Positions 1 through 12,366 of a stretch of 64,000 nucleotides of DNA are shown piece after piece. The notes beneath the pieces were generated by a model that did not search any database, was not told where the DNA came from, and saw only the letters and a program-made list of their open reading frames with translations. A program made the position numbers and the translations under genes. The DNA comes from Pristiophorus japonicus. Lineage: Eukaryota. How positions within the stretch are numbered: the stretch's first letter is position 1; every line of letters starts with the position of its first letter. The stretch spans positions 29,264,001 through 29,328,000 of the forward strand of contig NC_091992.1 of NCBI RefSeq assembly GCF_044704955.1, given 5' to 3'.

Positions 1-365
1 TACCAAGGGCAAAACCGCTTACAGCACCTTGCTTTTATGGAGGATATTACAAAGAATCTCAGCTCGCTCAACAGAAGAATATCAGATGCAAGTAAGTGGT
101 GACAGAATAATACTACAACATTCGCATCTATGAGATTAAGCCTCAGCTGTGTAAATTTCTGAGAGTAACTTGGCACATTTTCTTTCCTTGAAATCACTAT
201 GTGACACTGTTAGGACTCAATGTATCGGTGCCACAGAACAGTACATTGTCAAAATTGCTGAATTGAGAAAGGAATTTCAAGAACAATTCTCTGACTTCAG
301 GAACCACAAAGGAGAGTTTGCAATTTTCAGCACACCATTTTCTGTCAATGTGCATGATGTATCGG
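1..365 (+). mobile_element. Decayed hAT (SPIN/Charlie/GTF2IRD2-like) transposase fragment
   Basis: The translation LAFMEDIT..LSSLN and AHFLSLK...KIAELRKEFQEQFSDFRNHKGEFAIFSTPFSVNV resembles the C-terminal half of SPIN/GTF2IRD2-type hAT transposases. The frame is broken. Confidence 0.6.
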
Positions 366-701
366 GTGCAGCAGTAGCAGTGAATAAAATCTGAAAATAA
401 GTTTTTTAAAAAAGAGCCCGTTGTGACAAGGCACTTTGGGCACAAATTACTAAAGCACTTGAGTTTTTTGAAGGGGGAATAAGATGGATTTACACAGTGC
501 TTCCAACAAAAAATGCATTCTGCAAATGCCCTCCCCGAGAGGGGGGCACTGTTTCTCCAGCGTGCATCATCTCATAGCAACAGAGAAAATTGATCACACT
601 TTACTGGGAATCCATCTGAATATCTTATGACTATCTAAATAACAGGTGTCACTATTAACAGCAGGAAACATCAATCCATGCAAGACCTTCGTCACTGCTG
701 A

Positions 702-992
702 ATGGGGAATAGTTGCTCATGTACCCACACTACCGTAACTCAAATTCATTTCGTACAAGCTGATGGCTCTGCAGTTTCAGAAAGAGAATGCAACGACGAG
801 GGACAGATGGACCTGAAAGCAGGGAGCATACATGAAGCGGCAGAAGTAAAAGAAAAAGATGAAAAATGGAATATGCTCACTGTGGAGGTCAAGGCTCTGC
901 TAGACATTCGTCCAAGAGTGAGCGATATGGAGGAACTAATGGATCAAGTAAATGAAATGTTGAAAACTGATGACAACCTAGTCATTGCATCG
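702..992 (+). CDS. Atypical calpain, coding exon 1 (MGNSCSC... acidic/helical N-terminus)
   Basis: ATG at 702 is preceded by an in-frame TGA. 97 codons run to donor TCG|gtaatg (phase 0), matching the phase-0 start of the next exon. Confidence 0.7.
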
Positions 993-2918
993 GTAATGAG
1001 ATTTATATATTATACATTTTGCATAGTCAAAACTTTGACGAGCACAGGTTTGCTCCTTTTACAATTTACTTGTAATTTGTCCTCGAAAGATTTAAACAAA
1101 AATTCTACTGAAAGCTCATTATTATAATTGCATATTGTGGTTTGAAAGAAAAGTTCTTAACTTATAAAACTCCTTTTGTTGTTAACGTTGAATGTGCTGT
1201 AAATAGACAGGCCAGCAGTATTTGATTTGTTCCCATATTGCAGCATGTATGTAACAGACAGAACATCACATCCTGACTTAATACTTTTAGAAAGTGAAAT
1301 GCCATTACTGTATAAATGAATGTTATTTGTGCTAAAGGAAACTCTGATGGAGATGGTGCTACTTTTATAATATGGTACCTGCATAGTACCTCTGAATTTC
1401 ATATCCTTGTGATAACATACTTTTATGCCTTTAATCAGAATATATAATTGTACAAGCATTTATCTAACATTTCAGGCTCCACTTCTGTATCTGTACACTT
1501 GTACTTCTGTATCAGAGCTACTAGTTCTAGTGTAAGGGAAAATAGCATTGAAAGTATTAAAGTTAAGTTGTTGCATATTAACACGTTTGATTATTTTTTC
1601 ATTCTGGAAATTTTTTAACTTGTGAAAATGGTGCATTATAATGCCTGTCTGTCAGACCAATGGAAATTTTGATTGCTGTTTGGTGGATTAAAGGACTGAA
1701 TTAAAATGAAAATTTTGCAAATACATAAAAGGAACCAAAGCTGTTTTTTAAAAAATGAGATTAATGGCCATTTTAGACTCTGCCCAATAAACTGGTTTAT
1801 GTAATTAGGTGGGGAGAACTGTCCCAACCTATACTTTACAAAAGCAAAATACTGTGGATGCTGGAATCTGAAATAAAAACAGAAAATGCCAACCTATAGT
1901 TTAATCCTTAAACAGTCATACTGCAATTCACAAATAATAGTTATTTAGTGTATCTTTGGATTTTTAATATGTTAGACATCAGAATCAGCATATGTTTTGG
2001 ATCAATACTACAGCTAAATACATTTTTTATAAGATTTTTCTTGCTACACCACAGAGTTCAAGAGAGCAGTTGGACCGGTTACTCCTATGTCTTGCTCTGA
2101 AACTGCCACTGGCAGGCACTACACTGTTACTAATGCAAAACAATCTTGTGGTGAATTCACATTACAAGTTTTGTGTCACTGTGAAGTGATTTTAAATTTA
2201 TATGGTGCTAAACGTGTGTGTATTTTGGGTATCAAGGCTTGAATTGATACTGAATTCAGGAAGCATTTACACTTTACACTGATTCTACAATAGGGGGCCC
2301 TTAAAATGTTGTGTGCTTCTGGGCTGGAGCCTGACACTGACAAGCACATTTCAATTTGCAATATTCCTTGACCAAACAATTCAAGTTCAAATGACCTGAT
2401 AGCACTTCTTACTTAACAATTAGACTATGTGTTCGACTTTAATATTACAGTAATACAGTGTGCATTATATGCTATAATTCTCTTCTTATAAAACAGCATA
2501 ATTCCTGAATTATCATGAGAAATGGCACGGGAGATTCATTGGTAATTTATTAAAAATTAACTGTCTAGTATGCAGACATCACATTGTTTTGCATAATGTA
2601 GTAACATTTTAAAATGTTGCTTCTAAGCTTCAATCTTAATCGGACATTCCAATTTGCAAAATTCACAGACCAAATTCTGTCCTGAGCCGTGACCTTATTA
2701 ATCACACTTAAGCATAATGTAGAACGTTGATTTGACTTGCAATTGATCTAAGCATTGATTTCAAAAATACAAAGCACTCACAACTTGTATCGTTAAAGTG
2801 GTTCATACCTTTATATTGGCAGCAGAATAATGGATTGCATATTACATGGTATAATAGCAGGTGTTAACATAAGAATTAGGAGCAGGACTAGGTCACACGG
2901 CGCCTCGAGCCTGCTCCA

Positions 2919-3009
2919 CTTTTAATAATATTGCATATGTAAATAAGTGTGGCATTGTAATGCAACACTATAATGTCACACTTATTTACATATGCAATAT
3001 TATTAAAAG
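2919..3009. repeat. ~91-bp near-perfect inverted repeat (hairpin)
   Basis: cttttaataatattgcatatgtaaataagtgtggcattgta ... tataatgtcacacttatttacatatgcaatattattaaaag. Confidence 0.9.
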
Positions 3010-3094
3010 AAAAGAAAGGAGATCAGTTATTGACCTGAGGCCTGAAATTTACAAATAATTTACACATCTCTAATTGACTTCAGTTATAAAAAAA

Positions 3095-3562
3095 TAACAA
3101 TTTGTATTTATATAGCACCTTTCACAACCTCAGAATGTCCCAAAAGCACTTTAAAGCCACTGAAGTACTTTTAAAGTGTAATCACTGTTGTAATGTAAGA
3201 AACACAGCAACCAATTTACACACAGAAAGCTCCCACAAACAACCATGTGATAATGACCAGATAATCTGTTTGGATTGTCATATTAATTGAGGGAAAAGTA
3301 TTGGCCAGGACACTGTGGATAATTCCCCTCTCCTGCCCTTCTTCGAAATAATGCCACGGGATCTTTTACATCCACCTGAGAGAGCAGGGCCTTGGTTTAA
3401 CGTCTCAGCCAAAAGACGGCACCTCCAACAGTGCAGCACTCCCTCAGTACTGCACTGGGTGTCAGCCTAGATTTTATTTACTCAAGCCTCTGGAATTGGA
3501 CTATGAACCCACGACTTTCTGATGCAGAGGCGAGTGTACTATCAACTGAGCCATGGCTGACC
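3095..3562 (-). mobile_element. tRNA-derived Deu-type SINE (SacSINE1-like) with L2-type tail
   Basis: Reverse complement of the copy at 32707-33140: tRNA-like head, ggaggtgccgtcttt..gagacgttaaacc core, gctatataaatacaa tail. Confidence 0.7.
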
Positions 3563-4178
3563 AACAACTGCAATTGCCTGGATTCCCATAGATACTCTTT
3601 GAGCAAGCAGCTACCACACCCGAGCTATCACTGCCATTCTCCAGACCAAAGTCTGTCTGTGGATAATGCCATGGAAACTCATCTAATTTTACATATTTTT
3701 GTTAATTTAAAGTGAATGAATTTTATTGAAACTTTCAAAAATTAAAAGCAACACTCTGAAAATAATATAGAGTGTGAATAGCTGGAAACAACATTATCAA
3801 CTATGGCAAAAAATATTAATCTGAAATACATAGCTACTATTAATCGCAAAAGAGTGATTAGTACTATTAAGTGTGACTTTTCTGTTTATATGATTGCACT
3901 AAGAAATATACTGGGCTAGAAATTAGTTTTGGTGATACTCGGAAACTGTTAATGTGTTCGTATGCCATTCCTTTGCCCGGTATTTAAAATAAATGAGTTA
4001 AAGCCTGCAGGAAAACAGCAGGCAGAGGATAGTTGCTTGGATGTGTATGTGTCGGCTCATTAAGATTACCAACAGTAATTTCTTGCTTATAATGTTTAAA
4101 TTATACATTTTATTTTGAATACACATAAATGCCATATTCCATTGTAACCACTAGGCTTTTTCTTCTTTTATTATTTAG

Positions 4179-4310
4179 GACTATCAGAATATTATAGAAG
4201 AGCTTGAGCTGACTGGGGAACTCTGGGAAGATCCTGAATTTCTTCCTGAACCTTCATCACTAACCTATGAGGACGTAGCCCCAAAAGGAATCGAATGGAT
4301 CCGTATCTTG
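4179..4310 (+). CDS. Calpain exon 2 (DYQNIIEELELTGELWEDPEFLPEPSSL...IEWIRIL)
   Basis: Polypyrimidine-tttag acceptor and TTG|gtaact donor. Contains the calpain 'L(F/W)EDPEF.P...SL' and 'W.R' motifs. Confidence 0.92.
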
Positions 4311-4789
4311 GTAACTGCGTGATGGTCCCATACCAACCAGACCTAGATATATTTTGTCAATGTCAGAAAGAACAACCATCCTAAAATATTCTGGATTTTT
4401 AAAATTCCTAACCAAGATAAAATAGCTGAGAATATGTGGATTTTCTGCAGCATGAAAGATAGATGTTGAGAAGAGATGTTGAGGTAGAAATTTGTTTTGG
4501 GCAATAGTGCTAGATGGGCAGTATTGTATTAGCCGCCCATTATACTCTCCGCCAGATATTTAGTTCCATTGCCTTCAATAGGCCTGGAAAAGTGGCCCAT
4601 GCGATGCTGCCCATTTAGCGCTATGTGTAATTTCTGACAAATACTTTATGGCATTACTTCCCAAGGACATTTAGCAATGGAAAATAAGCAGCTCCAGCAT
4701 AGCAAAAGGCATTTGCCAGCCTTGCTGTGGATTTATTTTAACTTCCCAAAGCTGACAGGAGTAGGTGGCAGATTGTAATATAACCAAAT

Positions 4790-5012
4790 AAAATGAAAAC
4801 CGAAAACGCTGGAAGTTCACAGTGAGTCAGTCAGCATGTAAAAGGAAAAGATTTTGGATGTGTTATTGACAGTACAGTTTAAGAAACGTTTCCTTAGAGA
4901 AAGATTAATTAATGACGAAAGGCCATCGGCCTAAAATGTAAACTCCACCTTCCTCATGCCACAGATGCTGCCTGACCTGATGAATGTTTCCAGCATTTTT
5001 TGTTTTAATTCA
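4790..5012. repeat. Palindromic short interspersed repeat (related partial copies at ~1835-1890, 40500-40700, 57790-57885)
   Basis: Arms aaaacgctggaa...cagtcagcat and atgctgcctgacctg...ttccagcatttt are approximate reverse complements. Confidence 0.55.
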
Positions 5013-5358
5013 CATATGTTTTGCTTAATTGCAGTGCTTTCAGCCAATTTCCTTAAATTCTCTACCAATCAGCTTGTTTCTCTCCGAAAGTGAAGTGCCA
5101 TGAGGCATTTTATTATGTCAAAGGTGCTATACAAATTGGACAAATACTTCAATTGATAACAGTTTCAGGGCTGTGGTGAAAGAGCAGGGGAATGGGATTG
5201 ATTGGATAGCTGTACTAGAAGCCGAATGGCCTCTGTCTGTGCTGTATCATTCGATGATTCTATGAAATGCAAGTTGTTAATTATTCATTCCTAACACTTG
5301 AAATTTAATTAGAAGAATGGTGCTCCATTATATAAATCCCTTATTTCTTTGTTACTAG

Positions 5359-5503
5359 GACCTACACGAAAATGCTTTCTTTATGACAGATGGGGTTAGC
5401 AAAAGTGACATTGTACAGGGGGAGCTGGGAGACTGCTGGTTTTGGGCCTCAGTGGCTACAATAGCCAATTCCAAAAGACTGACAGAGCGGGTTATTCCAT
5501 CAG
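5359..5503 (+). CDS. Calpain exon 3, catalytic Cys (DIVQGELGDCWFWAS)
   Basis: QGxLGDCW active-site motif; ctag acceptor and CAG|gtgaga donor (phase 1). Confidence 0.96.
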
Positions 5504-5821
5504 GTGAGAATTTAGATTTTTTAAACTGAGAATTTCAGATTACTATTCGTTTTGTGGGTCACTACATTAAAGTTTTGAGTTCACTTTTATTTAAATGCAG
5601 CAAAAAGCAAAGCTAGAAGTATAAGTTTTACAGACATATATGTACTACATAATGAATAACTTGATCTGATAAGTTATTGCAAAAGACAGCTTTGTATATA
5701 TTGCTCCTGCTTGTCATGATGTTAGAATGTTTCAATGCTCACATCACAAAATGCAGTAACATTTTCGTGTTTGTGTATCACCCAGCGTACACCACTGTTA
5801 TAACCAGGGTCTTAGGGTAAC

Positions 5822-6446
5822 ACTCTTTTCATTCGGCATTTGCTGCAGCCCCGACCTGTGAGGAACACCAGAGACAGGTCAGGGCCTTAAAAATAGTGCG
5901 GAGGCACCACTACAAGGTACAGCATGTGCTGCTACAGGAGGGCGACGGCTATGAAGAGGGCGACTGGATTTGACATCACCCAAATCCAGGTCGCTGATTG
6001 GAGCGTGGGTAGGTACAGCAGGAGCGGCGAGGTCTGAACGAAGGAGCAGCAAGGTCGGGCGAAGGAATGGTGAGAGTTCATAGAGCGACATGATCGGGGC
6101 CCAGGAGAGGCGTGTGTTCGGGGCCGTGAAGAGGCGTGGGCCCAGGAGCAGCACGGGGCCAGCCCACACTGTGATATGTGTGCGCACTAGGTCCGTGCAG
6201 CAGAGCTGGTCTCCAGTCGCCTTGGTTAATCCTTGCCACTGGACCAAGACCTAGCTCTGTCAAGCCCGTGTGGTGGCTGGTGTGCATCGGCCACCACACA
6301 TTTAAAAAATCCACACACAGGCATCTTCCCCCCTTCAAGATGTAGTTCGGGATCTGAAATATTAGGTCCTTCATTGAAATATCTGTGAACTCATTCCTTT
6401 TTGGTGTGGAAGCGTCATCCTCGATTCAAGGGACTGCCTATGATGT
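5822..6446 (+). mobile_element. Non-autonomous, internally deleted RTE retroelement
   Basis: 10-bp TSD ttagggtaac (5812-5821 and 6447-6456). The 3' end gtggaagc..catcctcgatt..gggactgcctatgatg is shared with the RTE fragments at 39686 and 47128. Confidence 0.75.
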
Positions 6447-6994
6447 TTAGGGTAACGGAATAAATCAAATTCCATTTTTATTACATGGGATCCAGAAATT
6501 TTACTGTTGTTTTGGGGATCACATCCCATGATTCCATGCATGTCATCCATGAAAACCTGCAAATCAGTGGTTTTGGTTATGATACTAACTCTGTATTTTT
6601 ATGGACAGAATCACCCAAATAACAAATATTAGGATTGGGGTATAGCTGGAGGCTTTTAGCCAGTCCTTGGAATTGAATAAACTTAATAACTCAGTCAGCC
6701 TTGACATTTTGTTTATGATGTCTCCCCAGGTAGGTTTTAGCTTTATTGCTCGTCTCAGGAATCAGTGACTGGGATATATTTTCCAATTGAAGTTCAGGTC
6801 TTACACTCATACTACCTTTATCTTGCATTATTTTTAGTTAATTCATTTGTTTTAAATGAGTTAATGCTAGTTTAAAAGCAGCACACACAAAGAATTTAAT
6901 AGTGGGATACTAATGTTTCTAGCTGAACTTTGTGGAAAATATACCTCATTGGTACCTCTCATTCATTTCTTTGCACGTACAGCATAGATATGTT

Positions 6995-7680
6995 ATTATT
7001 TGTGGTCAGGATTTTGACAATTCTGGCAAGGTCTACATACTCTGAGAAGATGGTGGTGGTGTTCTTCTTGAACCACAGCAGTCCTTGTGTTGATGGTGTT
7101 AATTGGGGATTTCAGGGTTTGACCCAGCAACAATGAAAGAATTGCAGTATTGTCCAAGTCAGGATGGTGATCTAGGAAAGAACTTGGAGCTGATGGTGTT
7201 GCCTTGACCATGCCGATTTTACCCTTCTCTGTGGCAGAGGACACGGGGCTGGGAGGTGCTGTTGAAGTAAGCTTGGGAAGTTGCTGCAGTACATTCTTTA
7301 GTTAATGCATACTGCCATCGCAGTAGTGGTAGAAGCACCCATCAAGTAGCCTATTTTGTCCTAGATGGTTTTGAGTTTCATGAGTGTTGTTGCTGCTTTT
7401 GGTGTTTAGCACACTGTATTGAGGCTTCAGTAAATTGGTACCTCATTCTGCTCCTACCATGCCCTCTTACCCTCCGGAGCCATTGAACCAGAGGTGATCT
7501 CCAGGGTTGATGGTGATGGAGGAGTGAATGATGTGCCTGACCATAAGGTTACTGATCATAGTGGTGTACAGGTTTGAAGCTGATGGCCCACAGCACCTTA
7601 TGGATGCCCAGTTTTCTGTCCCATTTAACAAAGAAGTGGAACGACACTATGCAATGGAGGGTGGTAGTTCAAGGATGTCT
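6995..7680 (-). mobile_element. Old LINE fragment(s)
   Basis: Partly the reverse complement of the LINE 3' region at 23566-24070; heavily decayed. Confidence 0.45.
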
Positions 7681-8989
7681 AAGCGGTTATAAAAACAATG
7701 AATGCAAGAAATGCATCCAACTCAGCCAGCATTGAAAAGATGATGAATATTTTGAATACAACTTTTCCTCAGAACTGGGGATAGATTAGAATAAGTAATA
7801 GGATTAGAGAAACCTGGATGATATTTACTTTTACCGATAATCATTTCTGTACTTAACATATTGGAAGTACATTTCTAATTCCTCTTTCAGTTGCAGCTCA
7901 TCTGCGGTTCACCCATTGATGACTCGATTTATCTTATTGCAATTTTTCTCTGTTACAAAAAGGGATTTTATACCTCTTTTTTTCCTGCCAATTATCTTCA
8001 CCAGTTTTCTCCTTTTCCCTCCTTTCCTGAAGAGGTTGATTCATGATGGGATACACGATGTGCTTCAGTATCTTGACTAAGTGGACATCATTCATATGTT
8101 GTCCTTGACGGTGAGTATCGGTAGAGCATTTCAGCTACTGGGGCATCATTCAATATCTTGACATGGACAGCAATTAGGAGTGGGAAGCTTGGTTGATTTT
8201 CCACTCCCTCAGGGCAGTTGATGTAGCCCTACCACCACCCTTGTGAGATTAATTCACTTGGGATAGATCAGGGACATTGAGTCACTGGGGAACCATCTAT
8301 ATGCCTAACCCTCAGCTCCTTGAATCTAGTTCTGGCTGTGCAAAAACTGCATATAGCAGTAAATGAACATGGAGAAACTAATGTGCATTCCAATATTTAT
8401 TAATACACACAGCTTTCAGTAAGCATAACAGTGAAGCAAATGTCTTTCTGAAAAGGTCATTCCTCATCAGAGCTGGATTGAGATTCTTGTTAAGTACTGC
8501 ATTACCTTAAGAGACCAAATATAGAAAAGTACTTGATGTTAGAAAAGTTAGTGTGTTTGGTACACTGCCATTATTGGCACCAGAATTCACAGTGCTGTGT
8601 TGGATTGATGCCAGCAGTGTAACAAAAAGATTGTTATCCTATTTCACTGACAGTTTATACTTGATGAAATATTCATACTATTTAATTCAGTGCAACAGCA
8701 GATAACATGATTACCTATGCAAATTTTATCATGCTGTTTAAATAGGCCAAATGAAATAAGAAATACAAGGGAGACACTAATTAGGAATTCTGTCAACAAA
8801 TGTTTCTAATTACAATGTACATGTAAATCTCTCACTGACAGATGTGCAGTAGACTAACACTCATTTCAATGTTATCATTTATCAGCAAATTAAAATGCAT
8901 GACATTTATTAATCATTTATTAATCTTTATAATTGAAGATAAACCCGTTAAATGTTGATACAGGATACCATGGCAACCGTATGGGAACA

Positions 8990-9520
8990 CTAAAGGAGGC
9001 CATTCGACACATCACACCTATGCCAGGTCTCAGAAAAAGCTGGCCCTTTTCCCAAATCCTTTAAAACATTTATTTTTGAAATATTTATCTACTTCCCTTG
9101 TAAAATCTAGTATGGATTCTACCTCCACTGCTGTTTCTGATGGGGCATTCCATGTTCCAACAGCCCTGTATAAAAAAAAAACCCATAAAGAAATAAATTC
9201 TCCTACCTTCTCTCTTCAATCATTTGGTAATTTTAATTTTATGCCTTTGAATTACTGACTCACCGACTAGTGGAAATGCATTTTCCCAATTTACTTTATC
9301 GGAACCCCTCATAATTTGGAACACCTCTATCAAATCTCCTCTAAATCTTTTTTCTGGTTAAAAAGAGCCCCAGTTTCTCTAGTCTCTTCTCATAACTAGA
9401 GTTTCTCACACATGGCATCATTTTAGTGAATATCTTCTGTACCATTTTCATGGCCTTGACATTCTTCCTAAGGCAAGGCACCCAAAACAAAACATGATAT
9501 TCTAACTAAGTACAGGTTTA
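8990..9520 (-). mobile_element. Old CR1 3' fragment
   Basis: ggaggccattcg tail and decayed antisense RT C-terminal sequence. Confidence 0.55.
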
Positions 9521-9900
9521 GTATTACCTCTTTTTACTTTTGTACTCTTGCCCTTGTTTAAGATGACTGTATGGCTGAGCATAGTTTCGTTTACAGTTTG
9601 TATTCAGTGCATCATTGGAAATGAACAGCTTTGAATATACAGGTTTGTGGTATGAGAATAAACATGTGTGCTGGTCTTGGGTTTTTAGGATGCTTAGCTT
9701 CACCTCTGGGGATGCATGCAGTGAGTTGCTGTCCATGTTGTCATGTTTTCTTTGCTTGTCTTCTTCTCATAGCATAATCAACCTTTCAGAAAGAAAGAAC
9801 ATCTTTCATAACCTCAGGACATCCCAAAGTGCTTAACAGCCAATGAAGTACTGTCGAACTGTAGCCACTGTTGTAAAGTAGGAAATGTTGTAATGTAGGA

Positions 9901-10469
9901 TTGAAAGGCTGCATTAGAGGGAGCAGCGTGCGTCGGCGCGGTCCCAGCCTGCAAGACCATCAGCAGGCCGGGGCCATCAGAAGGAGCAGCGAGCGGTGGC
10001 ATACCACTGCAGGAGGGCGAAGGCTGTGAAGTCAGGTCGCTGATTGCCATGCGGGCAGACACAGCAGGAGGGGCGAAGGAGCGGCACGAGTTTGTAGAAG
10101 GAAGTGACTGGGGCCCAGGAGAGGTGTGAGTCTGGGGCCCAGAAGAGGCGAGGGCCCAGGGGTAGCGTGAGTCAGCCCACACTGCGATATGTGCGCGCAC
10201 TCTGTCCGTGCAGCAGAGCTGGTCTCCAGTCGTCTTGGGCAATCCTTGCCACTGGACCAAGACCTAGCTCTGTCAAGCCCGTGTGGTGGCTGGTGTGCTA
10301 TGGCCACCACACATTAAAAAAATCCAAGCAGAGGCATCTTCCACCCTCCAAGATGCAGTTTGGGACTTGGAATATTAGGTCTTTCATTGAAACACCTGTG
10401 AACTCATTCCTTTTTGGCGTGGAAGCAAGTCATCCTCGCTTCGAGGGACTGCCTATGATGATGATGATG
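9901..10469 (+). mobile_element. Non-autonomous, internally deleted RTE retroelement (second copy)
   Basis: TSD atgtagga (9893-9900 and 10470-10477), (tga)n tail, and an MQFGTWNIRS stub of the APE endonuclease start. Homologous to 5822-6446. Confidence 0.75.
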
Positions 10470-10889
10470 ATGTAGGAAATGTAGTTGTTTCACATGCCTG
10501 TTTCTCTATTTTTGTTCTGATAATTAATTCTCACACTTTGCTCAAAGACTTGTTATTAAACATAGTTGTGATACATTTTATAAGTCAAGGTGCTCCAACA
10601 ATGGGGAGTTGGTCCTGAAAGGACCCAGCAGAGCAGTAGCTTTGAGTTTAATCGCCTCTAGGATTGATTAGCTGTGGCAGCAACAGTTGCTGGTGTCGTT
10701 CCATTGAAACCTTTAAAGGACATAATGGGAGAAATTGCAGGAGAAACCCAGGAACTCCCTTAGATTTGCCCACTTTCAAATGGTAGGACTGGTGAAAGAT
10801 CTGCCCTTTTGTTTTCTCTCTCCCCCTTCCCCTAATGATTGTAACATTCAGCTAAGACACAGGTGTGACTCGACTTGTCAAACATATTT

Positions 10890-12128
10890 CCAATAAAGTG
10901 GACAAAGGAGTACCAGTTGATGTGGTATATTTGGACTTTCAGAAGGCTTTCGACAAGGTCCCACACAGGAGATTAATGTGCAAAGTTAAAGCACATGGGA
11001 TTGGGGGTAGTGTGCTGACGTGGATTGAGAACTGGTTGTCAGACAGGAAGCAAAGAGTAGGAGTAAATGGGTACTTTTCGGAATGGCAGGCAGTGACTAG
11101 TGGGGTACCGCAGGGTTCTGTGCTGGGGCCCCAGCTGTTTACATTGTACATTAATGATTTAGACGAGGGGATTAAATGTAGTATCTCCAAATTTGCGGAT
11201 GACACTAAGTTGGGTGGCAGTGTGAGCTGCGAGGAGGATGCTATGAGGCTACAGAGTGACTTGGATAGGTTAGGTGAGTGGGCAAATGCGTGGCAGATGA
11301 AGTATAATGTGGATAAATGTGAGGTTATCCACTTTGGTGGTAAAAACAGAGAGACAGACTATTATCTGAATGGTGACAGATTAGGAAAAGGGAAGGTGCA
11401 ACGAGACCTGGGTGTCATGGTACATCAGTCATTGAAGGTTGGCATGCAGGTACAGCAGGCGGTTAAGAAAGCAAATGGCATGTTGGCCTTCATAGCGAGG
11501 GGATTTGAGTACAGGGGCAGGGAGGTGTTGCTACAGTTGTACAGGGCCTTGGTGAGGCCACACCTGGAGTATTGTGTACAGTTTTGGTCTCCTAACTTGA
11601 GGAAGGACATACTTGCTGTTGAGGGAGTGCAGCGAAGATTCACCAGACTGATTCCCGGGATGGTGGGACTGACCTATCAAGAAAGACTGAATCAACTGGG
11701 CTTGTATTCACTGGAGTTCAGAAGAGTGAGAGGGGACCTCATAGAAACGTTTAAAATTCTGACGGGTTTGGACAGGTTGGATGCAGGAAGAATGTTCCCA
11801 ATGTTGGGGAAGTCCAGAACCAGGGGTCACAGTCTAAGGATAAGGGGTAAGCCATTTAGGACCGAGATAAGGAGAAACTTCTTCACCCAGAGAGTGGTGA
11901 ACCTGTGGAATTCTCTACCACAGGAAGTAGTTGAGGCCAATTCACTAAATATATTCAAAAGGGAGTTAGATGAAGTCCTTACTACTCGGGGGATCAAGGG
12001 GTATGGCGTGAAAGCAGGAAGTGGGTACTGAAGTTTCATGTTCAGCCATGAACTCGTTGAATGGCGGTGCAGGCTAGAAGGGCTGAATGGCCTGCTCCTG
12101 CACCTATTTTCTATGTTTCTATGTTTCT
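10890..12128 (+). mobile_element. 5'-truncated young CR1 LINE (RT C-terminal half, ORF still open)
   Basis: ORF 10865-12031 has YLDFQKAFDKV, GVPQGSVLGP and FADD; (ctatgttt)n tail; TSD atattt. Near-identical to 53800-55039. Confidence 0.95.
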
Positions 12129-12366
12129 ATATTTAATTAATATCTTAATGCATCACAAAATCCTGGTGACCTACTTCCACAAGCGTAGGCAAGTAGCTTG
12201 AGGCTAGATTAGGGACAAACCTGAACAGATGACAAAGTAAAAACAGACAGGTAGTTGAATGTAAGTGTCTGAACCTACTGTTTGCATGCAAACTACTACA
12301 TATGTCCACATTCTATTTCTAAACATCTATTACCATATCTGCCTAGTATTATTTTTAAGGTAATAT

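Noticed and set aside
993-1127. C-terminal part of ORF 702..1127
   Set aside because: Read-through into AT-rich intron past the gtaatg donor at 993.
7960-8290. Weak similarity to ~22370-22760 and ~58250-58440
   Set aside because: Probably an old SINE-like family, but too diverged to delimit or classify by eye.
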